A stretch of DNA of 45,669 nucleotides, from positions 1 to 45,669 of IMG/VR virus record IMGVR_UViG_3300031416_000018, one strand, 5' to 3'. The notes under the pieces are model-generated. The model did no database searches and was not told the DNA's origin. It saw only the letters and a list, made by a program, of their open reading frames with translations. This document shows, in pieces, positions 1-7,781 of this stretch (within the stretch, counting starts at the first letter, position 1; every line of letters starts with the position of its first letter). The DNA comes from a virus. The position numbers and the translations under genes are program-made.

Positions 1-127
1 GTTTTCAAAGAAAGAATTTGACAGTTTAAAAGAAATAATTGCCGGTAAAAATTCATTATTGAATTTTAAAGATGTTCAAATATCAGCTATTACAAAATTA
101 AATATGTCGATTAGAGATACTTTAAAA
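1..127. repeat. Terminal direct repeat copy A (identical to 45543..45669); assembly-style overlap closing a circular map
   Basis: Compared base by base: 1..127 equals 45543..45669 with no mismatch; a reading frame runs straight through the join. Confidence 0.95.
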
Positions 128-601
128 CTTGAAAGATTGGAAAAAGACGAGTTGAATAACAAAATTTGGAGGTTTGAAAAAACGTATAAAGACGGAACTA
201 AAACCAAAATAGTAATGTATGAAAAAGATACTACAGCAACTCAGGAAACGGATTTAAATGTTTATGTTACGGATTATTCAGTAAAACAAAAAGGAAAGCG
301 TTTGAATTATGTTGATGTGGTATCACAAAATAAAAACTTTACCTTAAACGGTTCCCAGGTATTGAGAATCCCAGTAAAAGATCCAAAGGATTTATTGCGT
401 ATCAATTGGGCGTCAGACTTTACAAAGGGTATAGGCAATAATGTTAACTTTATTACCTCAGAAATTAATCTACAAATTTTGCCAGATGGGAATATTGTTC
501 CTAAATTAGGATCTGGAATTATTTGGTTTACTGGGGATGGAAAAGTTTACCCATATTATAAAATAGGTGTAGACATTAATTTAAAAAGAATCAGTAAATA
601 A
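2..601 (+). CDS. C-terminal part of junction-spanning ORF (starts at ATG 45364; about 259 aa once the overlap is collapsed); N-terminally membrane-anchored lysis-cassette protein, function unknown
   Basis: The frame of listed ORF 59..601 is open back to base 2. It is the same frame as the ATG ORF at 45364 (45364..45542 + 1..601 = 780 nt). It lies between multi-TM proteins and the amidase. Confidence 0.7.
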   Translation, partial: FSKKEFDSLKEIIAGKNSLLNFKDVQISAITKLNMSIRDTLKLERLEKDELNNKIWRFEKTYKDGTKTKIVMYEKDTTATQETDLNVYVTDYSVKQKGKRLNYVDVVSQNKNFTLNGSQVLRIPVKDPKDLLRINWASDFTKGIGNNVNFITSEINLQILPDGNIVPKLGSGIIWFTGDGKVYPYYKIGVDINLKRISK

Positions 602-618
602 TTTAAAAATCAAATATT

Positions 619-1161
619 ATGATTTATTTATCAGCGGGGCACCATAATGCAGATCCTGGAGCAGTATCCGGAAATTATGTTGAAAGGGATCTAACAAAAG
701 AAATGAGAGATTTTATTAATCAAAGTTTGCCAAAAGGCCAGGTGATTAATGATAAAGATTTTGAGACAAATTCAGTTTATCAAAGCAGAATTAAACCTGG
801 GTCAGGTTCGGTAGTTTTGGATTTGCATTTTAATGCAGGGCCACCAACGGCCACCGGGACTGAGGTATATGTAAATAAAGCCGATTTTAATAATAAAAAC
901 TCTCTGTCTTATAAAATGGCCACGGAAATATGTTCCGTTACTTCAACGATCCTGGGGATACCTAACAGAGGCGTAAAGATCGAATCTAGTAGCCAACATA
1001 CTAGATTAGGTATTTTGAATTTAGGGTCAGGAGTTTCAGCCCTTTGGGAAATTTGTTTTATTTCAAGTGTATTAAATATGCAGAAATACACGGAATGCAA
1101 AAAAGAACTATCTAAAAAAATCGCTGAAATACTTATTAAGTACGATGCACTAAAACAATAA
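619..1161 (+). CDS. N-acetylmuramoyl-L-alanine amidase (Amidase_3 / MurNAc-LAA type) endolysin
   Basis: LSAGHHNADPGAVSGNYVERDLTKEM and LDLHFNAGPPTATGTEVYV match the GH..DPGA...E / H.N....G.E zinc-amidase signature; located in the lysis cassette. Confidence 0.85.
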   Translation: MIYLSAGHHNADPGAVSGNYVERDLTKEMRDFINQSLPKGQVINDKDFETNSVYQSRIKPGSGSVVLDLHFNAGPPTATGTEVYVNKADFNNKNSLSYKMATEICSVTSTILGIPNRGVKIESSSQHTRLGILNLGSGVSALWEICFISSVLNMQKYTECKKELSKKIAEILIKYDALKQ

Positions 1162-1172
1162 ATTTTTATATT

Positions 1173-1388
1173 ATGCCAAAACCACCTAAAGAAACGATGG
1201 GAGGATTCGTTGACACTATGATGTCGTTAGAAAAAACTAGAATTGAATCAGAAATACTAGTTGTAAAAGAATTAACTTTAACAAAAGAATTTGAAACCTA
1301 TGATGAGGATTTCAAATTAGCAGTTAAAAATAGACTTAAAACAATGGAAAAATATAACACTGAATTAGGTCTAACATTGTCTAACTAA
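1173..1388 (+). CDS. Hypothetical 71-aa protein, last gene of the lysis/late unit
   Basis: ATG start 11 nt after the amidase stop, followed by an intrinsic terminator; no motif recognised. Confidence 0.6.
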   Translation: MPKPPKETMGGFVDTMMSLEKTRIESEILVVKELTLTKEFETYDEDFKLAVKNRLKTMEKYNTELGLTLSN

Positions 1389-1414
1389 AAAAATGAGATG
1401 TAAATTATCTAAAT

Positions 1415-1445
1415 GGTCCAGGTTTAAAGCCTGGATCTTTTTTTT
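1415..1445 (+). terminator. Intrinsic terminator ending the late/lysis transcription unit
   Basis: GGTCCAGG-tttaaag-CCTGGATC stem followed by T8. Confidence 0.8.
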
Positions 1446-1475
1446 GTCTAAAAAGTAAAATAAATAACAATTTCT

Positions 1476-1541
1476 TTTGGTAGTTTAAATAATTGTTATA
1501 TCTTTGACATATCAAAACAAAGCGATTAGGCGTTTTCCTAA
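1476..1541 (+). promoter_or_regulatory. Early promoter-leader cassette P1: TTTG(1476)-N19-TATCTTTG(1499-1506), CAAAACAA box (1513-1520), hairpin TTAGG-CGTTTT-CCTAA (1526-1541)
   Basis: Exact match to the Bacteroidota -33/-7 consensus with a 19-nt spacer; one of four homologous cassettes. Confidence 0.8.
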
Positions 1542-1561
1542 AAATTAAAAACATTAAAATC

Positions 1562-1879
1562 ATGTTTACAACAACTTTAAAATCAGTGATGCAGTTAGCT
1601 TGGCAGTTCGTAAAAACTAACGGTTTTAGTATGTCAGAAGCTTTAAAAATGGCTTGGAAAAACATTAAATTACAATCTGAAATGAGAAAAGGAATTGTAA
1701 AGTTTTATTTCCAAAAGGTTGACGGATCAATTAGAGAGGCTTACGGAACTTTAAAAGCTGAATTATTACCAGAATTAAAAGGAACAGATAAAAAGAAAAA
1801 TGAAACGGTTCAGGCGTATTTTGATACAGAATCAAATTGTTTCAAGTCTTTTAAAAAAGCTAATTTACAATCAATATAA
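1562..1879 (+). CDS. Early protein, first gene of the P1 unit; C-terminal half possibly DUF2693/SH3-like beta-barrel phage family
   Basis: IVKFYFQKVDGSIREAYGTL...YFD...FKSF resembles that family from memory; not verifiable here. Confidence 0.5.
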   Translation: MFTTTLKSVMQLAWQFVKTNGFSMSEALKMAWKNIKLQSEMRKGIVKFYFQKVDGSIREAYGTLKAELLPELKGTDKKKNETVQAYFDTESNCFKSFKKANLQSI

Positions 1880-1881
1880 TC

Positions 1882-2076
1882 ATGAGTAATTATAAAGGCG
1901 GTATGACGGCCGCAAGGCTTCAATTTATGATCGATCTACAATACGATAAGGATTATATAGAACATAAAAATAAGGCGTTAAAATATGGTGCTATTCACGT
2001 TGTTGACAATGATCAGTATTCAGACGGTAAAAAAATATCACAAATAGTAAAAAAATATTTAAATAAAAAATCATGA
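1882..2076 (+). CDS. Hypothetical early protein (64 aa)
   Basis: ATG 2 nt after the upstream stop; ATGA overlap with the next gene. Confidence 0.6.
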   Translation: MSNYKGGMTAARLQFMIDLQYDKDYIEHKNKALKYGAIHVVDNDQYSDGKKISQIVKKYLNKKS

Positions 2077-2306
2077 AAAAAGGCAAATATTTCTACAGCA
2101 AATTAAGTTTAAGCCAAAAGGTAAATTTCAAAAATGAAGTTTTAAGAGTTTGGAAAGACGCACCGGACCCAATGAAGTATTTTAAACTGCAATTGGAAAT
2201 GAAATACGTTGATTTATATACAATGCTTATTGGATCTTTTTATTTTGAAGATACAAAGCAATGTTTTGAATATTGGGATCGCTTATCAGTAAGAAAAATT
2301 AAATAA
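2073..2306 (+). CDS. Hypothetical early protein (77 aa)
   Basis: ATGA start-stop overlap with the upstream ORF. Confidence 0.6.
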   Translation: MKKGKYFYSKLSLSQKVNFKNEVLRVWKDAPDPMKYFKLQLEMKYVDLYTMLIGSFYFEDTKQCFEYWDRLSVRKIK

Positions 2307-2310
2307 TATT

Positions 2311-2583
2311 ATGGAAACAAATACACGTCCTTTACTTGAATTATGGTTAATCGTAGAGGAAAATTTTGACGAATTGTTTGAAACTGGAATTTGCAATATT
2401 GTATTTAAATTAAGGTATATAGTAATTTTCACAATGCAAGAGGAAAAAGTTTTGATTAAAATAGTAGATCATTACATAACCGATGAATTAAATATATTTA
2501 GTATTTACGGTTGGCCATCTGGAGAAAAAGAACCACGAAAACAATTTATACAGGATCAAATATTAAACGAGTTGAGAAAATGA
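2311..2583 (+). CDS. Hypothetical early protein (90 aa)
   Basis: Tightly packed ATG ORF. Confidence 0.6.
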   Translation: METNTRPLLELWLIVEENFDELFETGICNIVFKLRYIVIFTMQEEKVLIKIVDHYITDELNIFSIYGWPSGEKEPRKQFIQDQILNELRK

Positions 2584-2837
2584 AAAGGTATAGTAAATCA
2601 GAACAAAATGCCAGAAACTTGCGTTATAATCGTTTCCGGAAAAATGAACTTCAATTATTAGCATTAGATTATGATGTTTATCCAGGTGCTAAAAACACAT
2701 TTATGTTTTGGTTTATTCATGAAATATATGGTAAGGTTATAATTTATCCAAAGAGTAATAAATTACAAACCGAGTCCGGTTCCTGGCATAATGATGCTAA
2801 TTATTTTTTAAGGAAATTTATAATTAAGGAAAAATGA
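2580..2837 (+). CDS. Hypothetical early protein (85 aa) with arginine-rich N-terminus
   Basis: Start moved from the listed 2511 to ATG 2580 (ATGA overlap with the upstream stop). N-terminus MKRYSKSEQNARNLRYNRFRKN has 8 K/R in 22 residues. Confidence 0.55.
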   Translation: MKRYSKSEQNARNLRYNRFRKNELQLLALDYDVYPGAKNTFMFWFIHEIYGKVIIYPKSNKLQTESGSWHNDANYFLRKFIIKEK

Positions 2838-3085
2838 ATAATAAAACAAAGTATGTTTGGAGACGTTGGAGGGGTAACGGTTCAATAATAGCGGATATAA
2901 TGAAACCTAAATATTATGATTATCCAAAACACAGACACAAAAGGCCATTTTTATTAAGTGAAGTTTTTGTAAAAGAAATAACACGAGAACAATATTTTGC
3001 AGAAAAAGAAATGTTATCGTGTACGGATTATTTGAAAAAGATTCAACTAATGAAAGAATATGATTCTAAGTTTAATAAAAAATAG
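2834..3085 (+). CDS. Hypothetical early protein (83 aa)
   Basis: ATGA overlap upstream; followed directly by a terminator. Confidence 0.6.
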   Translation: MNNKTKYVWRRWRGNGSIIADIMKPKYYDYPKHRHKRPFLLSEVFVKEITREQYFAEKEMLSCTDYLKKIQLMKEYDSKFNKK

Positions 3086-3113
3086 AACCCGCTTTTTTAA
3101 GGCGGGTTTTTAT
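3086..3113 (+). terminator. Intrinsic terminator ending the P1 unit
   Basis: AACCCGC-ttttttaag-GCGGGTT then a T-run. Confidence 0.75.
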
Positions 3114-3205
3114 ATTTAGAATCAATGTGAGCGTTACATTGACGTCTGACAAAAGTACGTAAAAAAAATAATTTCAAAAAAATATTTCAACATATAAACA
3201 AAACC

Positions 3206-3268
3206 TTTGGTAATTTAAATAAAAGTTATATATTTGTAAGACAAAACAACGACATGGCGATTTCCATG
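3206..3268 (+). promoter_or_regulatory. Early promoter-leader cassette P2: TTTG(3206)-N19-TATATTTG(3229-3236), CAAAACAA (3242-3249), hairpin CATGG-CGATTT-CCATG (3253-3268)
   Basis: Consensus Bacteroidota promoter; the leader is 35 nt identical to cassette P4. Confidence 0.8.
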
Positions 3269-3287
3269 AAACTAAAATATCATTATC

Positions 3288-3686
3288 ATGACTATTAAAA
3301 ACACTAAAGTATTATACAATTTGTCAATTTTAGCACAAATGCCAGTATATGATTTTACAGAACTTTTAATTTCTGAACTTGAAAAAAAAGAACTTGTATT
3401 TAACGATTCAGATAATTACGGTAAAACCATAAAAACGGTAATGGATGGAACTTTAGGTTATTTAAATTTTGTTTCTGTTTTAGAGGCGGTTAATTTACCT
3501 AAAAGATCAGCAATAATCGCAGAAATATTGGATCTTATTTTGTGGGGTGATGGTGATTGTATTGAATGCGGTGGAGAAATGGAGGTTGTAGACGGTGAGT
3601 ATAGAGAGGATAAAGATACTGGTGAAAAAATACCAGTATGGGAGGTGAAACAATGCCAGTGTTGTGGATTTAAAACAAGTAAATAA
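3288..3686 (+). CDS. Hypothetical protein with C-terminal zinc-ribbon (CxxC...CxxC)
   Basis: CIECGGEMEVV...CQCCGFK four-Cys motif; first gene of the P2 unit. Confidence 0.6.
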   Translation: MTIKNTKVLYNLSILAQMPVYDFTELLISELEKKELVFNDSDNYGKTIKTVMDGTLGYLNFVSVLEAVNLPKRSAIIAEILDLILWGDGDCIECGGEMEVVDGEYREDKDTGEKIPVWEVKQCQCCGFKTSK

Positions 3687-3700
3687 TTAAAAATAAAAAT

Positions 3701-3955
3701 ATGTTAGTATTAAGAGTAAATGAAGCAATTGCGCGAGCGCAAACAAACGGTAAAAATGTAAATAAAAAAGTTATTGCCGCGTTATTGTGGCCAGATTCGA
3801 AAGAATCAACACAGCAGGTTAATATGACGTTCCTATCAAATGGTAGGACATCATCTATTAAATTTGAATGGATCACAATTTTATGTAGAGAATTAGATTG
3901 TACACCAAATTACTTATTTGGATTTAATGAAGAAACGGAAAACGATGAGCAATAA
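3701..3955 (+). CDS. XRE-family helix-turn-helix transcriptional regulator
   Basis: KKVIAALLWPDS...ITILCRELDCTPNYLFGF resembles the HTH_3 helix-turn-helix with the typical ..YL.G ending. Confidence 0.55.
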   Translation: MLVLRVNEAIARAQTNGKNVNKKVIAALLWPDSKESTQQVNMTFLSNGRTSSIKFEWITILCRELDCTPNYLFGFNEETENDEQ

Positions 3956-4118
3956 ATATCATGACCGACTTTGGATTAAAGGAATGATTTATTTCTTTAT
4001 GTTCCTTACTGTAGTATGTATAATTGCGGGGTTTTATAATCCCTGGCAATGGGGTTTGGCTGTTTTATTCAGCTTTATGATAGCGATAGGAGTTAGTGAG
4101 TTAAAAAATTTAAAATAA
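3945..4118 (+). CDS. Small two-TM membrane protein (57 aa)
   Basis: Start moved to ATG 3945. Two hydrophobic helices: IYFFMFLTVVCIIAGF and GLAVLFSFMIAIGV. Confidence 0.5.
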   Translation: MSNKYHDRLWIKGMIYFFMFLTVVCIIAGFYNPWQWGLAVLFSFMIAIGVSELKNLK

Positions 4119-4128
4119 AATAAATCAA

Positions 4129-4761
4129 ATGGCAGCAACAAAATTAAATCTTTTAGAGAAAATCCAATTAGTAGCAAATGAAATTGGTAACATTGAAAAA
4201 ACAATGCAGGTTGGAAACGGGTCATATGCTTATAAGGCGGTAAGTGATTTGGATGTAACATTAGCAGTTAAAAAAGCTGAAACAAAACACAGGATTTTAA
4301 GTATTCCAATAAAACAAGATCTGGTAAATTCAGAAATTGTAAGAACGGTAAAGGGTAAAGACCTCGTAGAAAGTGTTACGTATGTAGATACTATTAAAAT
4401 GACTGTTAAAATTTGGGATTTGGATGATGTTACCCAATTTATAGAGGTTGAAAGCTTTGGGCGTGGTATTGATAATGGCGATAAAGGTTTTGGAAAATCA
4501 TCAACATATGCAAGAAAGTACGCCCTTTTGAATGCTTATAAAATTGCTACAGGTGCAGATCCAGACGCGAATAAAAGTGAGGAAATTTTGGTACCTAAAA
4601 CAGTATCAGATAAAAGAAAAGCAATTGAAAATTATTTCAATCAGGATGTTACCAGACTTCAAAATATGTTAAGTCATTATAATATTAGTGAGGTTAGCGA
4701 TTTAACAGAAACGCAGATTAAGGAACTATACAATACGTACAACACAAAAGGCAAATTATAA
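4129..4761 (+). CDS. erf: ERF-family single-strand annealing recombinase
   Basis: GRGIDNGDKGFGKSSTYARKYALLNAYKIATGADPD matches the conserved ERF core motif. Confidence 0.75.
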   Translation: MAATKLNLLEKIQLVANEIGNIEKTMQVGNGSYAYKAVSDLDVTLAVKKAETKHRILSIPIKQDLVNSEIVRTVKGKDLVESVTYVDTIKMTVKIWDLDDVTQFIEVESFGRGIDNGDKGFGKSSTYARKYALLNAYKIATGADPDANKSEEILVPKTVSDKRKAIENYFNQDVTRLQNMLSHYNISEVSDLTETQIKELYNTYNTKGKL

Positions 4762-5552
4762 TGATATTAACGATAGGTAGCGGTGATATCTCATATTTAA
4801 CTATGAGTAAAGACACAAAAGGATATCAGGATTTATTGAGGCGTTTTGTAGCTGAATACAGGCCTTATTGGAATTCATTTGCGAGTCCTATAGATGCATT
4901 AAGAACGGGCGCAATATTAGAAATTAATTATTTGAAACATTTGCCGGATGGTTACATATTTCAAAAGAAAGTCGAATTTGAGGAAATGGATGTTTTTGTT
5001 AGTTCTATTGATTTTGCAAAAATAGAGAATGGAAAAGTTGTTGATTTTGATGAGTTGAAAACAATATTTTTAACTGATTATATAGATTTGATTATTCCGT
5101 TTAAAGATACTCCAGAAGAAATTTATTTGCCTATGATCAAAAAGAATTTCAAAAAAAACTATAATCAAATTCAGGCTCAATTAATGTGCGCAAAACTTAA
5201 GGCTGCTAATTTAGTTTTTATGTCTGCAACAACTTATGAAGATGATGAAAACGAAGTAAGAGAAATAAGTGAAAAAGATTACGTTAAATTTAGAATCAAT
5301 AGGGATGAGGATATAATATCAGAGATCAAAGAAAAAGGAAAGTTTTTCCAGATGATCAAAGATAATTTTAAGACTGAGAAAAAACAGAAAAAAAAGAAAG
5401 CAACTAAAAAGACCGAAACATTGCCAAAAACAGATGAAATTGTTATTGATGAGGTGTTTGTACGTGAAGGCATAAAAGAGCCTGAAATTGAGCCTGAAAT
5501 GCCTGAAATTTCAATTGTAAATAGTTTGCTAGATACTACAGATGATTTTTAA
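4761..5552 (+). CDS. Putative PD-(D/E)XK (YqaJ/lambda-Exo-like) recombination nuclease with Lys-rich/acidic tail
   Basis: SSIDFAKIENGKVVDFDELKT gives D...(D/E)xK spacing; directly downstream of erf (TAATG overlap). Confidence 0.45.
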   Translation: MILTIGSGDISYLTMSKDTKGYQDLLRRFVAEYRPYWNSFASPIDALRTGAILEINYLKHLPDGYIFQKKVEFEEMDVFVSSIDFAKIENGKVVDFDELKTIFLTDYIDLIIPFKDTPEEIYLPMIKKNFKKNYNQIQAQLMCAKLKAANLVFMSATTYEDDENEVREISEKDYVKFRINRDEDIISEIKEKGKFFQMIKDNFKTEKKQKKKKATKKTETLPKTDEIVIDEVFVREGIKEPEIEPEMPEISIVNSLLDTTDDF

Positions 5553-5563
5553 AACTTTATGAC

Positions 5564-5956
5564 ATGAAAAATAAAACAGACAAAAAGCAATTAAAAGAAG
5601 TCAATAACCCAGGTTCACGAACTCAGAAATTAAAAGACATTAAAAACGCCCAGGATGTTCTGGAGTTTATAAAAAACAATCTTACCTGTATTGGAAATAC
5701 TTTTTTACAGCAAGGCGAATCATGTTTTTCCAGGAAAGAAAAAGTAAATAAAAAGCCTGAAATTTCATTAGAGGGTAAATATAGTATTCCAGAGGCAGCC
5801 GAATATCTAAAATTAAAAGAAGGAACTTTTGCAGCCAGGACCAGAACATTTAAATTACCTTTTGAAAAGGTTGGAAAGATGAAGTATTTCACCCAGGAAA
5901 CATTGGACCATCACAAAGCAACTACAGTTTTTAAACCTCGAAATGAAAAATATTAA
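5564..5956 (+). CDS. Excisionase/MerR-like helix-turn-helix DNA-binding protein
   Basis: YSIPEAAEYLKLKEGTFAARTRTFKLPFEKVGKMKYFTQETL resembles the excisionase-type HTH. Confidence 0.45.
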   Translation: MKNKTDKKQLKEVNNPGSRTQKLKDIKNAQDVLEFIKNNLTCIGNTFLQQGESCFSRKEKVNKKPEISLEGKYSIPEAAEYLKLKEGTFAARTRTFKLPFEKVGKMKYFTQETLDHHKATTVFKPRNEKY

Positions 5957-5968
5957 AACTTATTAATA

Positions 5969-6859
5969 ATGGATCATCATTTTAATATTAAAATAGCTAA
6001 AAAGTTAGATGTTGAAAGTGCTATTCTAATCCATAATTTTTATTTCTGGATTAAAAAAAACGAGGCAAATAAAAAACATTTTTACGATGGTTATACATGG
6101 ACTTATAACTCAGTTTCAGCATTAGAAGAATTGTTCCCTTATTGGTCACGTAGACAGATAGAAAGAATAATTAATAATTTAGTTTCAAAAGGAATTTTAT
6201 TTAAAGGAAATTACAATGAAAATAAATATGATCGTACTACGTGGTATGCATTACACCAAAGAGTGGAAAGCATTTACACTAATGGGGAATTGCATTCCAC
6301 CAAACGGGGAAATGGAATCCACCAAACGGTGGAACCTATACCATATAGTAAACTAGATAATAATACAGTTAATAATGTTTTTGTCTCAGGGAATAAATTC
6401 CCATCGACCGACCAAGAAAAAAAAGAAGAGAAAACGGGAGAATTATTTGGAGATGAAATAGAGGTAAATATCAATTATGATTACGGTGAAGAAATACCCA
6501 AAAAAGTTGCGCGAAAAAAGGTAGGGGATAAAACGTTTTTATTTAGAAATTCTGATGTTTATAAATTAGTTAATTTTGATGATGAGAATAATCCAAATTA
6601 TTCAAACTTTGAAAATCTTTTTAAAGGCCCAAATTTCGACTCAATTGATTTGGTTTACTATTTTCACAGCGTTTTAGATTGGAGCGATACAAGGGATAAA
6701 AAAACACTACGTAGCAATAAAGGATGGATTGCGACGGTTAGATCATTTATCCGTGGAGACATTGGAAAAGATAAGTTGAAATTAAAAGTAGAGTTTCAAC
6801 AAAGCCATCAAAAAAGCGATTCGGATGCAATGTTGAAATTTTTAAATAATAACTATTAG
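5969..6859 (+). CDS. Replication-initiator-like DNA-binding protein (N-terminal winged helix; lambda O-like role inferred)
   Basis: The N-terminus (AILIHNFYFWIKK...WTYNSVSALEELFPYWSRRQIERIINNLVSKGIL) is typical of phage replication-organiser HTH domains. Iteron-like repeats lie inside the gene. Confidence 0.5.
   Translation: MDHHFNIKIAKKLDVESAILIHNFYFWIKKNEANKKHFYDGYTWTYNSVSALEELFPYWSRRQIERIINNLVSKGILFKGNYNENKYDRTTWYALHQRVESIYTNGELHSTKRGNGIHQTVEPIPYSKLDNNTVNNVFVSGNKFPSTDQEKKEEKTGELFGDEIEVNINYDYGEEIPKKVARKKVGDKTFLFRNSDVYKLVNFDDENNPNYSNFENLFKGPNFDSIDLVYYFHSVLDWSDTRDKKTLRSNKGWIATVRSFIRGDIGKDKLKLKVEFQQSHQKSDSDAMLKFLNNNY
6253..6334. repeat. Three phased iteron-like repeats (consensus CACCAAAnnGTGGAA) at 6253, 6297 and 6319, followed by an AT-rich tract
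   Basis: ACACCAAAGAGTGGAA / CCACCAAACGGGGAAA / CCACCAAACGGTGGAA; spacing 44 and 22 bp; AT-rich 6341-6385. Confidence 0.6.
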
Positions 6860-6860
6860 T

Positions 6861-7781
6861 ATGGAAAATTTACCACAAAAAAAAGAAAACACTTTTTTAG
6901 AGTTAAGGAAACCAGGTGTTAAAGCAATTGACAAAAGACGCCAAATGATAGAGATACCAGAAGTTACAAAAAACCTCAACACAATAGAAAAGTATATTTT
7001 TCAGGCTTCAACAAAAACATTGATTTCTGAAATGTATGATACTGATTTGGTAAATGAGACGAAAAATATTTTTAAGTTTATTGCAAAAGATGTTGGCTTT
7101 AGGATTCCAACAGATCAGAATGAATGGCAATACATTTGCGCCCGCCTTTTAAAGTATTTGAAAATGTATCATTCGGGTTTGGCGTTGTCTGAAATACCAT
7201 TGGCATTTGAATTGGCTGTAAATGGAACTTTAGATGAGTTTTTGCCAAAATTAAAAGATGGGTCACCGGACCGGAATCATTACCAGGAATTTAACATTGA
7301 TTTTTTTTCAAAAATTCTTAAGGCTTACAAAGAGAAACAAGGCAGTGTAGTAAGCAAGGCATCTGATAATATACCGCTTATTGAGTATGTTCCAAACCAG
7401 GAGGAAATAAAGCAAAATTATAATTCAACGGTTGAAAGCTGCAGACAATGTTTTATTGAATACAAAGAAACTGGAGTTTTAAAATTGGATGGATTAAAAT
7501 CAATGTTTGTATGGGAATGGCTCCAAGGTCATAACCTCATCAAGGAACCAAAAATAACTGATGAGGTACGGGAGCAGGCCTTAAATGAATTTTTAGGAAA
7601 AGCGGCATTAGGATTTGTAAACCGATACACAGCATCAGTTGTAAAAAATGAGGGATCAAATTCTAAAGCATTGGATTTTCCATCCCTGGAAATTGCGCGG
7701 AGCAATCAGATAAAAAGAGTTTTTGACGCTATGATTAAAAAAGACATAGACGTAACTAAATATTTAAATTACAAATTATGA
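6861..7781 (+). CDS. Hypothetical protein downstream of the initiator (possible replication accessory protein)
   Basis: ATG 2 nt after the upstream stop; no catalytic motif recognised. Confidence 0.6.
   Translation: MENLPQKKENTFLELRKPGVKAIDKRRQMIEIPEVTKNLNTIEKYIFQASTKTLISEMYDTDLVNETKNIFKFIAKDVGFRIPTDQNEWQYICARLLKYLKMYHSGLALSEIPLAFELAVNGTLDEFLPKLKDGSPDRNHYQEFNIDFFSKILKAYKEKQGSVVSKASDNIPLIEYVPNQEEIKQNYNSTVESCRQCFIEYKETGVLKLDGLKSMFVWEWLQGHNLIKEPKITDEVREQALNEFLGKAALGFVNRYTASVVKNEGSNSKALDFPSLEIARSNQIKRVFDAMIKKDIDVTKYLNYKL

Noticed and set aside
2511-2579. Longer upstream starts given by the ORF track (2511, 3918, 16318, 17508, 21012 TTG, 26106 TTG, 33186)
   Set aside because: In each case a downstream ATG gives the ATGA/short-overlap junction used throughout the genome. 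The extension would overlap the upstream gene extensively, or run through a terminator hairpin (16318) or non-coding DNA (21012).
3728-3741. GC-rich inverted repeat TTGCGC-GA-GCGCAA inside the XRE gene 3701-3955
   Set aside because: It is short, occurs once, lies in coding sequence (AIARAQ), and has no T-run or partner site, so it is most likely coincidental.
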